Shown: in pieces, positions 48,988-63,247 of the stretch
How positions within the stretch are numbered: the first letter of the stretch is position 1
How the letters are laid out: every line of letters begins with the position of its first letter
Source: Octopus vulgaris
Taxonomy: Eukaryota
NCBI GenBank assembly: GCA_951406725.2
Contig: OX597838.1
Span: 12,958,001 to 13,022,000 of the forward strand
DNA length: 64,000 nucleotides
Reading direction: 5' to 3'
Notes under the pieces: generated by a model
Told to the model about the DNA's origin: nothing
Database searches by the model: none
What the model saw: the letters and a program-made list of their open reading frames with translations, nothing else
Program-made: the position numbers and the translations under genes

Positions 48988-51556
48988 TAAAATAAATATT
49001 GAAAAATAAATAAATAAATAGGGGGAGATAACTGCAGCAAGATCAGTTGGGTGAAATGCAGGGAAATATCGACAATGTCAGTTGGAGAAGGTCTGGTTTT
49101 TGAAGCCAAATTCTGACAAGGGACATGTTTCTTTTTTATGAGACCTTCTCAGCGAAGCATATTTTACCTATTTGGCCTGACAAAAAGTGAAATATTTATG
49201 AAAGGTAGTTCTGATGAATGTGAATATCAGTATAGCTTCACTATATTACATCTCTCACTACCTCTCACTCTCATGAAGAAGAGAGTATATAAGATTTGAA
49301 AGTCCTCTTTGCATTTCCTCTTGTCCAATCTACTGGCATTACGTGTGATTTGACTGCTAAAATACTTGGGTACTTGCATAAGTACTTCTCAAGCCTGCCA
49401 CCGTTCTAGCTGGGTCCCGAGAGACCTGCATTTTATTTTTCTGGTGAAAGGAAGCAAGATTTGAACCGAGAATTCACCGAACCGAAACAAATAGCACAAG
49501 GCATCTCGATCGATGGTGTAATAGTCTGGCAGTGCACTTGCCCCAGACTTGTGTCATTACTTTACAATTCCGATTTGAAGGTAGAACGTAGAGTCGGGCA
49601 TTCTACTGGACGCTCTAACAACTTAAACACACAGACACACACGTTTAGAGTTGACTGTTGAACGGTGAATCTCGAAGTAAAATAATAACTCGTAAATGTT
49701 GGGTGGAAAAGTCGGATCTTTTCCTTTTGAACGGCATATGTCAACACAATTTCTAGTTAACTAAACACTTTTAAACTTCGTATACTGGTAGAATGTGTTT
49801 ATAAAACATCATTTTTTTTCTTGGCTTTATTGAGAAAATTCTATAGTTTGTAACATATTTCCACTTTAAAATCGAATGCTACCCGTCGGTCACAAATCTA
49901 CATGTGTAAACATGATAGGCGTCCTGTCATTGTGAGTGTGGGTGGGTTGTTAAAAAATGCCGCATGCTTTTATCGGGTGTGTGTGTGTGAGAATGATAGA
50001 AAGCGAGTGAGCTCGTTAAAGAAAAGTCAAGACCCAATGTTGGCATGAGTTGATGCTTATATTCGCTTCTTTTTTTTTGTTTTTAGCTTTCTTCGCTTCC
50101 TTTCACTAAGACTAACCCAGATAATAACTAACTTACCCTCCTTGTCGATCCCCATTCACAGTGTTGTGTTGCCTTACCCCCTCCCAGTTCTTTTCTCTTC
50201 CCTTCTCCATCCTAATTTTTCTTCTGCTTCTTCTCATTATCACCGGAACGTTAAGGCCAAAAGATAACACACACACACAAGCACCCATTCCTATGCGCTC
50301 GCGCACACACATTTATCCCCCCACCTTCAACACAAGATTCTCTAATTTGCTTTATGTTCTATAAGTTTGTTCAGAAAACTTTTTCTCCGTTCGTATCTAT
50401 GAATATCTATTTACCTTGTGTGTGCGTGTGTGAAAAGATATCTCATCGGAAGGAGTACATTTTTTTCTTTTTTTTATCCCACCAATAACGTAAAAGTCCA
50501 CACACAATTTATCTCCAGATATTTAGGGCCTTGTTTCAACGGCCATGTTTTGGGGATAAGTGCTTAGGACCACCAATATTTTGGTACTTTATCTTGTCGC
50601 TTCCGGAAGGATTAAGAGTCGAAGTTGACCCACTCCCCTCCTATGAGCAGTTGAACTCTGAACTTAAAGGGGACGTAACTAAATACCGCAATATTTGACA
50701 AGGGGATTCCCATGGCTTGAAGTGGGTCCTTATTTGGTGGTATTGTTAGCGGTGTGGTTGGCTTTTGGCTTTACTTTACTCTACTTTCTCTTCGGACATG
50801 AAAGTTGGGGTGGGGGGAGAAAAAGAGCATCGACTCCTGATGTGGTATAGTTGATGTTGGCGGTAATAGTAGTAGAAGTAGTAGTAGTAGTTAGCATTGC
50901 TTTTTCTCCTCTTTTCGGACAACAGCTTCGGGGTGGTGGTGGTGGTGGCGGAAGAGCCGAGAGATCGCTGAGGTACGTCTGTGTGTTTGCGATTCACTCT
51001 TTTAAGACGTCCTTGTTTAGAAGCTTATTGCACGTGTTATTTCTTTCTTTCTTTCTTTTTCTTTCTTTCTTCTTTTTCTTTCTTTCTCTCTCTTTCTTTC
51101 TTTCTCTCTCTTTCTTTCTTTCTCTCTGTCTCTGTCTCTCTCTCATCTTCAGTCTCTCCTTAGCATGACATGCCTTGTGTCTATTAACAGTTTGTATTTC
51201 TCCACCCACCCCTACTTCTCTTCCACCCACCACTACAAACTATCTACAACAACCTACTACTTACTACTCCTCCTCCTCCTCCTCCTACTATCCTACTACT
51301 ACTACTACATTTCTCTAATCCCTCATCACCAAAACTGCCGCCAGAATATTTTCGAGAGAACAAAATAGATCTTCGAAAAGTCACAAATAGAATCCAGTGA
51401 CTATCCCTCCTCATTCATCACCACCGTTGTTGCTTTAGATAACTGTTCTTGTTTTGTACGTACATACATACATACGTGTGTTTGTGTGTGTTGAATTGGT
51501 GACAATTTGGGGGTATACTAGCTCTGACTAGTTGCACTCAATCTGACTATAGCTGT

Positions 51557-51606
<50 letters not shown>

Positions 51607-51924
51607 GCAAATTCTAACAGATGTACGCCAACACACACACATAGTTACATATCATTATCTGACTCGAAATCAGCAAACTCGGTTATTTTTGGACTCCTGT
51701 TAAGCAAGGAATTGCTTGGAAGTTAAGAAAACTTGCTAATTGTCTCAGCTAAACTTTGCAACCGTCCTGTCTTTGTGTGTGTGTGTGTGCACCTGCATAT
51801 AGATGGTAGGTATTGAATGTTTATGCATATAATTTTTAAGCAACACTTAAAAATAGAGTAGTAGTTGTGTAGTCACAATAGCAGTATTAATAATAATGAT
51901 AATAATAATGGTGATGATGATAAT

Positions 51925-52728
51925 AATTCTTTCTTCTATGGGCACAAAGCCTGAAATTTTTGGGGGAAGGGGATAAGTTGATTACATTGACCCCAGTGCG
52001 TAACTGGTACTTATTACATTGACCCTGTGAGGATGAAAGGCAAAGTTGACCTCAGCGAAATTTGAAATCAGAACATTTAGACAGACGAAATACCTATTTC
52101 TTTACTACCCACAAGGGGCTAAACACAGAGAGGACAAACGGATTAAGTCGATTATATCAACCCCAGTGCGTGACTGGTACTTATTTAATCGACCCCGAAA
52201 GGATGAAAGGCAAAGTCGACCTCAGTGGAATTTGAACTCAGAGCGTAGCGGCAGACGAAATACCGCTAAGCATTTTGCCCAGTGTGCTAACAATTCTGCC
52301 AATAATTTTTTCAGCTATAGGCACAAAGCCTGAAATTTAAAGGGAGTGAGTCTAGTTGATTACATCAATCCTTTGCTCAACTAGTACTTTGCTTTATTGA
52401 CCTCAAAAGAAGAAAGGCAAAGTTGGACCTTGGCAGAATTTGAACTCAGAATACAAAGATGGATGAAATACCCATTTCTTTACTACCCACAAGGGGCTAA
52501 ACACAGAGAGGACAAACGGATTAAGTCAATTATATTGACCTCAGTGCGTAACTGGTACTTATTTAATCGACCCCCCCCAAAAGGATGAAAGGCAAAGTCG
52601 ACCTCAGTGGAATTTGAACTAAGAACGTAGCGGCAGACAAAATACTGCTAAGCACTTCGCCCGGCATGCTAATGTTTCTGGATGAAATACTGCTAAGCAT
52701 TTTGTCTGACTCTGTCAGCTTGCCACCC

Positions 52729-52730
<2 letters not shown>
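51925..52730 (-). mobile_element. Nested cluster of SINE B copies inserted in older B-related SINEs
   Basis: Two composite units; the second has the TSD tggatgaaatac at 52460-71 and 52679-90. Confidence 0.85.
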
Positions 52731-52760
<30 letters not shown>

Positions 52761-53139
52761 GTTACAGGTTTTGGCATAAGGCCAGCTGTTTTGGGATGCG
52801 TAAGCTGATTAGATCCCCCCCCACGTGCTTGACTGGTTCTTATTTTATTGACCTCAAAATGATGAAGGCAAAGCCGACCTTGGCATAATAATAATAATAA
52901 TACACTACTCCTTTCCTACCTCTTGCATCATGCTCCAAACTATGGAACAAAATTAAAGACATAATTTGTGAGCGATACAATATTTGTTATTCGTAAGAAT
53001 GTTGGACTGGATATGCCACAAAGTTCAAAGACAACAGGTGGACTTGTGCAGTTGTTGAGTGGTATGCAATGGATTGGAAAAGGTCCCTTGGAAGGGGCCT
53101 ATGATAATGGGATGATGATTTCAATGATTTAGACCAAGA

Positions 53140-53464
53140 CTAGCATTATGTCCCGGCAACACCGGGTCATAGTGCTAGTGCATGCATATACAGTTGCGTG
53201 CGTGCGCACATACATGCGAGTACTGTCCAAATCTCTGACCAATCGCATACAGCTAGCTGGCATTCAATTGGCGTATCAAGTTTCGGGCATTTTGATTGGG
53301 TTTTAGATAGAAAATTCACAAAAAGTCACTTTTATTGATTTTTTTTTAATGGCTTTGTTGGGTGACTGGGGAAATGTAAAGATGTGCATGACCACCCTTG
53401 GGCGGTTTTGAATAACCATAGAAAGTGCGAGCCCTCTAACTGAAAAATTCTGGATTTGTATAAA

Positions 53465-53499
<35 letters not shown>

Positions 53500-53531
53500 T
53501 ACAGACATTTTGCTGTTTATATATAGAGAGA
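53140..53531 (-). mobile_element. Non-autonomous Helitron
   Basis: Minus strand starts TC(tctctatatataaac) and ends in a GC hairpin plus CTAG; inserted between A and T with no TSD, inside an RTE-like 3' relic (52950-53139). Confidence 0.78.
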
Positions 53532-53569
53532 TGAAGAATTGAAAGCAGATTGACCAGCACTGTACAACA

Positions 53570-54480
53570 ATATCTGATAGCTTGGCCTGGCTGATATGGA
53601 TGGTACTGTTCGTAAGACTGATAATTTTTAAGGTTATTTCCTGTGTGCCCTTAGTGTTTATATCTCCTGTATATCTTCAGTATTCAAGCTCTGCTTTCTC
53701 CGTTAACCTTCCTGTGATTCCACTGCACCTCTTCTGTACACATACCTCTTGCACTAGGGTTACACCGCATGGAATTCCTGCCTACACCTTTCCTATATAT
53801 GAAGCTGGGTCATTTACCTGTGGGTAGTGGGTCCTATCTGTTTTCCTGCTTACTATAAAGACTTTGGTCTTTGCTAAGTTTAACTTCAAGGCCTTTTGAT
53901 TCCAGATTTTGCTTCCATGCCTAGAATTTCTTTTCTAATTCTATTACGGATTCTACTATGAGAATGAGGTCATCAGCATATAGTTGTTCCCAAGGGCAAC
54001 CAGTCTTATATTCCTCTGTTATGGTTTGGAGGACAATGATGAATAAGAGGGGACTGAGAACCAATCCCTGCTGAACTTCTATTTCTACTCTAAATTCATT
54101 TCTATGTCTAAATCTCACCCTACTGAGAGCACCTTTGTACATGGCTTGTATGATTTTCACAAACCATTTGTCTACCCCTAGCTTCCTCAGTGATCATCAG
54201 ATCACAGAATTTGGACCTACCAAAAGCTTTCTCTAGGCCAACAAATGCCAAGTACAATGGCTTACTTTTAGCTAAATACTTCTCTTGCAGTTGTCTTACT
54301 AAGATGGCATATCAGTAGTACTGCTCTCTGGCACAAAACCATATTGCATCTTATCTAGTCTAATTCTGTTCCTAATTAGTTGGGTTGTAACTCCATAATT
54401 TTAATGGCCTGGTCCAGCAATTTGATACTTCAGTAAATTGCTTCTGAGTAAGGCATCTTTTTTACTCTTGGAACATCTGA
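53570..54480 (-). mobile_element. Decayed RTE-clade reverse transcriptase fragment
   Basis: ORF 53921-54160: VQQGLVLSPLLFIIVL..CPWEQLYADDLILI. Confidence 0.88.
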
Positions 54481-54674
54481 TGATAATACTGTTACACCTG
54501 TCATTTTAAATTAAGCATAGTATATATATATTCTTTGATTTATTTAGTCTTTTACTGGTTATTGGATTGTGTATTTGTTGTACTGCTTTGTTGTGGTTCA
54601 TCAACAACATTACTGGTTTTGAGTTGCATAAACATAAACACAGTCTCTCTCTCTCTCTCTCACACACACACGTG

Positions 54675-54706
<32 letters not shown>

Positions 54707-54975
54707 TGCACGCATGCAAGATCATTGTTTAACATCCACTTTCTCATGCTCATGTGGATTGGTCAGAATATGTTGACAGATTTTGTATGGTTGGATGCCC
54801 TTCTTATTGCCAACTCTCAACTGCTTTCAAGGCAGGTAATGTTTCCCCATGGCCAGACATGTTTTCACGGAATATTGGAAATGAAAGACAGTTTGCATTA
54901 TGGTAACACTTATCTACAACTATTATGCAATACCAAGACACAGTAACCCCCCCCCCACTTATATATATATATATG

Positions 54976-55013
<38 letters not shown>

Positions 55014-55327
55014 ATGGGTATTTATTTTTCAGTTTCCATCTCCCAAATCACAAGGCTTTGGTTGGCCCAAGGCTAGAATAGAAGAGACTTGCCCAAGGTG
55101 TGATGCAGTGGGACTGAACCCAGAACCATGTTTTTGGGAAGTAAGCTTCTTACCATACAGTCACGCCTGTGCTACGTATATTTAGATAGATGGACATGTA
55201 GATAGATAGATAGATAAAGATTGGTAGACTATTGCGAAAAGAGGTTTTGTGGTGGTCGAGACAGAAAAGACTGCAGCCAGGCATTTTCCTCTTTAAGGGA
55301 AATATAGAGGAAGAAGGAAAATAAATT

Positions 55328-55369
<42 letters not shown>

Positions 55370-56071
55370 GATAATAACAGATTGGAGAGAAAATGGGCTA
55401 GTGATTAAGAGAAATAGACTGAGGGATATTATAGTGATGAAGACAGACAGGAGTAATAAATTAATGACTTTTGCATAATTACTTTTAATTTCGCTCATCC
55501 GGTTTTCATGGCGCAGTGTAGAATTTCTGTAAATAGATCATTTCCCAATAAAATCCTAGTTTTTAAGACTCTGAACATCCTCGTTAGACATGAACGTTTA
55601 AAAAAAAATATTTATAGCTTTAGCATGTTTTAAACAGTTTGATCTCTGATAGTCAGCTGGTTTCTTATTCCATGGATGCGTAAACTGTACCAGACAGGAT
55701 TAATGTGCTTATCTTTTTGGCGACTGATGCATCCAAGAATAAGACACTCGATCACTCTTTGAGATCAAACCAATTGAAATGTTTATATTTTAAGCCCTTC
55801 ACACCCCCAATGGAGCATAGGCAAGTTTTCTCCACTGTTCTCAATTTGGGGATGGAAGGCCTTCCTCTCTCAAGACTTGTTGGTTTTGAATTGTCATCAA
55901 TGGTTCTGATTTTTGCCAGCCAAGTGAAATGGAAAGTGTCTTGCTCAAGGACACACTGCACCACTGGCAATTGAACTCATAACCTTGCAACCGTGAGACG
56001 AATACCCTGCCCACTATGACATTCACTTTTGCGTGTGTGTGTGTGTTTGTGTGTGGTTATACTGTTGTAAA

Positions 56072-56519
56072 GGTGGCGAGCTGGCAGAAACGTTAGCGCG
56101 TCTGGTGAAATGCTTAGCGGTATTTCGTCTGGCGTTACGTTCTGAGTTCAAATTCCGCTGAGGTCGACTTTGCCTTTCATCCTTTCGGGGTCGATAAATA
56201 AAGTACCAGTTTTGCACTGGGGTCAATGTAATCGACTTAATCCCTTTGTCTGTCCTTGTTTGTCTCCTCTATGTTTAGCCCCTTGTGGGCAGTAAAGAAA
56301 TAAGAAACGTTAGCATGCCGGGCGAAATGCGTAGCTGTATTTCATCTGTCGTTATGTTTTAAGTTCAAATTCCACCGAAGTCGACTTTGCCTTTCATCCT
56401 TTCGGGGTCGATAAATAAAGTACCAGTTTTGCACTGAGGTCGATGTAATCGACTTAATCCCTTTGTCTGTCCTTGTTTGTCCCCTCTATGTTTAGCCCCT
56501 TGTGGGCAGTAAAGAAATA
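56072..56519 (+). mobile_element. SINE family B dimer (second junction type) with 12-bp TSD
   Basis: Junction gaaata|agaaacgttagc (~56302); flanks atactgttgtaa at 56059-70 and 56521-32. Confidence 0.92.
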
Positions 56520-57224
56520 CATACTGTTGTAACCTAGTTGGCTTATAGGAATCTATTGTGCATATAGTTATAGTTACTAATGATAACTTACTAACTCATA
56601 AAGTACATTGACACAATTTTTAAAAACATTTTTTAAGACTAAACATATAATTGACAGCTCTCTAACTGAAGACTTTTCTACTCCACTGCAGTCCACAAGG
56701 TCACTAACTCACCTTCCACCACCACCACCACCACCAATTCCACCACCTTACCTTCTCACTACGACAGACCATCTATGTATCTTGGCTGAGTAAAAGTAGA
56801 TATTGTTATTTTTATGTAAGAAGTTTGCTTTCCAACCACATAGTTCTGGGTTCAGTTCCATTGCATGGCACCTTGGGCGAGTATCTTCTACTATAGCCTT
56901 GGGCTGAACAAAGCCATGTGAGTGGATTTAGTAGATGGATACAGGTACTACTACCCTGTCAACAGTTAGTCATCACTAGTAACTATAACTATATGCACAA
57001 TAGATTCCTATAAGCCAATTAGGTTACAATAGTATAACCACACACACACACAAATATATATATATATCAGCCGAAATTGCGAGGATGATCCGGTTCTTGA
57101 CTGAAGATTAAAGGCTTCGAATGACCCATCCGTATTTTTTGTATCGTCTATTTGGATGTTTTGCATTCTTGTCCCATTTTGTATTTCATATATGCATATA
57201 TAAATATATATATCTATGTAAAGT

Positions 57225-57425
57225 TAATCCAAACATGAAAACACAAAGAGAAAACACAACAACGCGAGGATGTGGAACAAATATAGTATTATTGGACGCT
57301 CAGGAAGGAAGGGAAGAAGGAGGGTTTAACGTTTCGAGTGGAGCTCTTCGTTGGAAACATAGGAGAAGTAAAGATCCAGAGAAGAGAAGACAGAGGAAAA
57401 AAAATCGCCAACGGTACACACGCAG
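57225..57425 (-). mobile_element. Short element with a minimal hammerhead-like motif (family distinct from 35297)
   Basis: Minus strand gttt-ccaacga-a-gagctccactc-gaaacgtt-aaac (57324-58), followed by ttcctgagcgt. Confidence 0.5.
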
Positions 57426-57664
57426 GTCTTTTTGTATTTGTGTTTGTCCCTTACCACTGTGTGACAACTGGCATTGGTGTGTTTACATCCCTGTAACTTA
57501 GCAGTTCATCAAAGGAGACTGTTAGAATGAGTGCCAGGCTTAAGAAAAGTAAGTACTGGGGTTGGTTCATTTGACTAAAAATTCTTCAAGGCGGTGCCCC
57601 AGGATGGCTACTGTCTAATGACTGAAACAAATGAAAGATAAAAGATATTTAGGGGTGATGAAAA

Positions 57665-57880
57665 GCGGCGAGCTCGCAAAATCGTTAGGATGCTGGGCTA
57701 AATATTTGGTGGCATTTTGTTTATCTTTACGTTCTGAGTTCAAATTCTACTGATGTCACCTTTGCCTTTCATCTTTTAGGGATTGATAAAATAAGTACCA
57801 GTTATACACTGGGGTCAATGTAATCGACTAGTCCCCCTCTCCCCAAATTTCAGGCTTTGTGCCTATAGTAGAAAGGGTAT
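57665..57880 (+). mobile_element. SINE B-related copy with alternative tail
   Basis: gcggcgagctcgcaaaatcgttag...aaatttcaggctttgtgcctatagtagaaagg. Confidence 0.8.
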
Positions 57881-59295
57881 TTAGCAATGGTGGTGGTTGT
57901 AGTTTAGCCACAGGTCAGCCTGAATTGAGAAGACCTGTTTATGATCAAAGGTTTTCTGGCCATGACCATCCAATCTTTTCAGAAATAGTGTATTTCAGAT
58001 GACATCATCCAATGAGTCCTTTGTTTCATCCATTTTCCATGTTTGCATGAAACACACACACATGCGCGCATGCATATGCACATGCACACACACACACACA
58101 CACACACGTATGCAGCAGTTTTGTTTTCAGTTACCATCTGCCAAGTCCACTGACAAAAGCTTTTGGTCAGTCCCGGCTGTAGTAGGAGACGCTTGCCCAA
58201 AGTGCCACACAGTGGGACTGAACCCAAAACCACATGGTTTGCAAAGTGATCTTCTTAACCACACAGCCATGCCTGCACCTATATTCAAATACAATCATGA
58301 TATCATTGCTAATTAGGAATTACTAATGATGATAACATTTGTTCTCATTGATTCCCATCACTTCTGATCCAGCAGAGCTAAATTATCTCCCCCTTTTTCT
58401 GTCACTCTTTTTTTTCCTTTTTCCATTCTCTTTGAAGCCTTTTCTCATTTTTATTCCACTTCACAAGTTCTTTCTTTGCCACCATTCCCTCTCTGTTCTC
58501 TTATATTCTCTTTCTTTCATTCTCTTTATCTCTCACTCTTCCTTTCAATCTCTCTCACTTCTTGCACTCTCTTTCTATTGCTCTTATTAGCTTTCTCTTT
58601 ATTCCCCCTCTTCTCTCTCCCACCATTTCTCCTCTTTTCTCTGTCCGATTTTCTTTCATTTGTTTCTCTCTGTTGTTTTTGCTTTCCCTTACTCCCTAAT
58701 ACTTAGAAAGTTTGGACACCACCCAAGGAAAACAGCAACAACAATAGATGAATATTAATAAAAATAAAATACCCATATTCATCCTTTATATTATTTTATA
58801 TTATTTTTATGTCTATTTGTATTTTATTGCACTTTTCACAACGTTTACACAATACTTTTATGCCCTTACACTCTCTCTTTCAACCTGTAATAGATTAAAT
58901 AAATTGAAAAGTATGGGAAGTAAATGGTCTCATATTTAAGCGATGAATAATAATTATAATAATAATGATTTCAAAATTTGGCACAAGGCCAGCAACTTTG
59001 GAGGAGGGAATAAGTTGAGTACATTAACCTCTGTGCTCAACTGGTGCTTATTTTATTGACCCGGAAACGATGAAAAAGCAAAGTGAACCTGAGCAGAATT
59101 TGAACTCAAAATGTAGAGATGGACAAAATGCTACTTTGCATTATGTCCAGTATACTAATGATTATGAATGATGATAACAATGATAATAATAATAATAATA
59201 ATAAGAGCACCACAACAAGCCGCAGCACATACCTGAGGCACACACAGCTGCACTCAGTATTGCAGTGAAAGCATGTGATAAAAATAAGACTACTG

Positions 59296-59423
59296 AATAA
59301 TAATAATAATAATAATAATGATAATAATAATAATGATAATAATAATAATGATAATAATAATAATGATAATAATGATAATGATAATAATAATAATGATAAT
59401 AATAATAATAATAATAATCATAA
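59296..59423. repeat. (TAA/TGA)n microsatellite
   Basis: Directly visible. Confidence 0.95.
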
Positions 59424-59984
59424 TTTGGTGTGAAGAAGGGCATCCAGTCGTAGAAACATTGCCAGATCAGACTGGGCCTGATGCAGCCTTCTGGCTTCCC
59501 AGACCCCAGTTTTACCGTCCAACCTATGCTAGCATGGAAAGCGGACACTAAATGATGATGATGATGATAATCATAATTTCTACTATAGCCACAGGGCTGG
59601 AAAATTTGGGGTAGGGGCCAAGTCGATTACATTGATTCCAGTGCTCAACTGGTACTTATTTTATCAACCCCAAAAGGATGAAAGGCAAAGTCAACCTCAG
59701 CAGCATTTGAACTCAGAAGATAGAATTCCATAAAATACCGCTTGGCATCTTGTCCCCTGGTTCCAACAGTTCTGTCAGCTCATCTCCAATAATATCATTT
59801 AACATCTATTTTCCATGCTGGTATGGGTTGGGTGGGTTCACAGGATCCAGCTAGCCCTAGGGCTCTGTTGATCCCCAGTGTCTGCTTTGGCATGGGTTCT
59901 ATGCCTTATGCCCCCCCTAACACTAACAACTTGGCATGAAAAAAATACATACTTTTTTTCATAGCAGTAGTGATTTCTTCTCAT

Positions 59985-60364
59985 TGTGCCGGTGGCACAT
60001 GAAAAGCACCATCCGAACGTGGCTGGCTTCCATGCCGGTGGCACATAAAAAGCACCATCCGAATGTGGCCGATGCCAGCGCCGCCTTGGCTGGCTTCCGT
60101 GCCGGTGGCATGTTAAAAGCACCAACCGATTGTGGTCAATGCCGGACTCCTCTGGCACCTGTGCAGGTGGCACGTAAAAAGCACCCACTACACTCATGGA
60201 GTGGTTGGTGTTAGGAAGGGCATCCAGCCGTAGAAACACTGCCAGATCAGACTGGAGCCTGGTGCAGACTTCTGGCTTCCCAGACCCCGGTCGAACCGTC
60301 CAACCCGTGCTAGCGCGGAAAACGGATGTTAAACGATGATGTTGATGATGATGATGATGATGAT
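59985..60364 (+). mobile_element. SINE family C with four internal modules
   Basis: Four ggtggcac..aaaagcacc modules, then the conserved 3' core and (ATG)n tail. Confidence 0.88.
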
Positions 60365-61019
60365 GGTATCTGACTTTCCACAAAAACTGCTCAAAGGAAC
60401 CAAAAATTGATGTGTTGTTGCGCAGCATGGAATGAATGGTTATCTGAAATGTGAAATTAAGGGGATAACAAAATAGCCACTGGCAGAGGGTTAAAAAAAA
60501 GTATTTTGTATTATATAGTTTTAAAATATATAATTGGTGACGTACAGTTTAAAAATAGGTCTGTAATTGCATATGCTTTTAGAAAGAGGCACTGATTGGC
60601 ATTCTTTTCAAAAATAGGTACCCTCTGCCATATGGTTTTAAAAGTAGGTAGATTGCTAGTGGAATATGGTAACTTATTTTTTTATTTTTTCAAAATACAA
60701 AATATTTCTATTAGCCTTGTAGTTAATTTGAGACACAAAGTGAAAATTTTAAATGGAAGATGCACAGTCAGTTAGGTCACTCTCAAGTATAGCATCATTA
60801 TCATCAGCGTTACGTCCATTTTTTTTCATGCTTGTATGAGTTGGATGAAGTTGAAACATATTTTCTACCGCTTCGTGCCCTTCCTGTTGTGAACCCTTAC
60901 CTGTTTGCAAGCAAGGTAATGTTTCCCTGTGGCTAGGCTTGTTTTCACAGTATACTGGAAATGAATGACATTCATATACGACAATGATGTGATGTCAATA
61001 CAAGGAGACACAATCACGC

Positions 61020-61408
61020 ATATACATACATACATACATACATAGGTACATACATACATAGGTACATACGTATGTACGTACATACATAGGTACATACATA
61101 CATACGTACATACGCATGTACGTACATACGTACATACATACGTATGTATGTACGTACGTACGTACATACATACGTATGTATGTATGTACGTACATACATA
61201 CATAGGTACATACATACGTACATACATACATAGGTACATATACATAGGTACGTACATACATATGTACGTACATACATACGTATGTACATACGTACGTACG
61301 TACATACATACATACATACATACATACGTACGTACGTACATACATGCATATGTACATACATAGATACATACATACATCCATCCATCCATCCATCCATCTA
61401 TCTATCTA
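61020..61408. repeat. (TACA/TACG)n compound microsatellite
   Basis: Directly visible. Confidence 0.95.
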
Positions 61409-61994
61409 TAGGATCTTTGTTAAATATTTTTACTGTTGTTGCCCAAGCATGGCCACAGCCTTTAGGCTGAAGTGCATGAAAAAATTTACACACACATGCA
61501 AAAGATTTCCTCACAGTTTCTGTCTATCAAATGAATTCACAAGGCTTTGGTTGGCCCAGGGCTATAGTAGAAAACATACAGTTACCCAGAGTGCTATTGT
61601 GTAGGACTGAACCTGAATCCATGTGGTTGACAAACAAATTTCTTAACCACCCAACTATGCCTGCAGCTTTTGGTCTTCATAAGTAAAGCCCAAAGGTGAC
61701 ATCAGTTATTCAGAAATGACGGGTCCTTCATTTGTTTTGATAACAAGCATTGATTTGTATGATTAAGTGAATGTCTGATTTGTTAAATGAACATATAAGT
61801 GGTTACACATTCCATGGACATGGGTAACTATTGACATTACATCCAAATCAGATAAGCATGAGATTTACAATACATGATGAATATGGACCTTTAAATTATA
61901 TGTGCTATACATGTGACAGGCTTCCATACAGTTTCCCCTCATCCTATAAGGGTCATGAACCTAAGGACATAATAAAGAATATTTGTCCAAGATG

Positions 61995-62325
61995 CTTTTA
62001 CGGATTCCATGGACAGCGAGGCTCACCAATGGAGAAGTTCTTAAGCAGATAAGGCCGGAAATGTCGCTAGAAGCTAGGATCACCAAGCATAGATTGGCAT
62101 ATTTTGGTCATATTATGCGGAGAAAATCCTTGGAGAAAGACATCATGCTTGGAATGGTCAGTGGCAAGAGAAGAAGAGGCCGACCAAGAACCCGCTGGCT
62201 TGACACCATCAGGAGTGATACCAGAATGGACATAGCCAATCTGAAAGAAGCGGCCCAGGATAGAACTGACTGGAGGACACTGATCCAATGAGTGACCGAG
62301 AGTCGACTTCGACTGAGCGGATAGA
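61995..62325 (+). mobile_element. BovB-like RTE LINE 3' end inserted in an old SINE A
   Basis: LLRIPWTARLTNGEVLKQIRPEMSLEARITKHRLAYFGHIMRRKSLEKDIMLGMVSGKRRRGRPRTRWLD..SRLRLSG. Confidence 0.88.
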
Positions 62326-63004
62326 GCTATATAGTGGGATTGAACTGGGGATCTCATGATTGCAAACCAGACTTCTTAACCATTCAGCCATATGTCAGTA
62401 AATGTTGACTACGTCCAGGTTCATGTTTAAAAATTCTTCCTGCTTAAAATTTTCCCTTATGTTGGTGGTTTGTATATTATAATGTAATTTTTTATGAATG
62501 CATTAAACAAATAAAATTCTGCCAGAACAGCTGTCGTAATTTTAAGCACCATTTGTGTTTACTTTTTATAGCTACACTACTCCAAGGACCCACCCCTGAG
62601 TTAGATTTGGTACTTGCGTATGCATTTGATGTATCCAATGTTCTTTATTTCACTGTGAGGTCTATGTTATTGTACCTAGCCATTTCTGGTGTCTTGCTGC
62701 TTAATGTGCCTTGATTCTTATGAATCCTTATAATAAAATCATAAATGTTTTATTTATTTAATGCAGTCATCTAAAATTAAGACAGGATCTTCAAGGGCTG
62801 GAATACATATGATCATTATGGACTCTCCTGTTGTTAGACAATGGATGAGGCTTCTGGAATTTTTTGCTGAACAACCACACAAATGATTTATTTATAGCTG
62901 TAGTTCTCAACTGCTTTTGTCTATGAACTCCTTTGCTTTCTATTTTACTTAGGGGTGGATTCTCATTGCCATTTGATGTCTAAAAATTCCCTATTATACA
63001 TTTA

Positions 63005-63210
63005 TACTCTCTCTTTTACTCTTTTACTTGTTTCAGTCATTTGACTGTGGCCACCTTTTAGTCGAGCAAGTCGACTTCAGGACTTATTCTTTGTAAGCCT
63101 AGTACTTATTCTATCGGTCACTTTTGCCGAACCGCTAAGTTACAGGACGTAAACACACCAGCATCGGTTGTCAAGCGATGTTGGGGGGACAAACACATAC
63201 ACACAAACAT

Positions 63211-63247
<37 letters not shown>

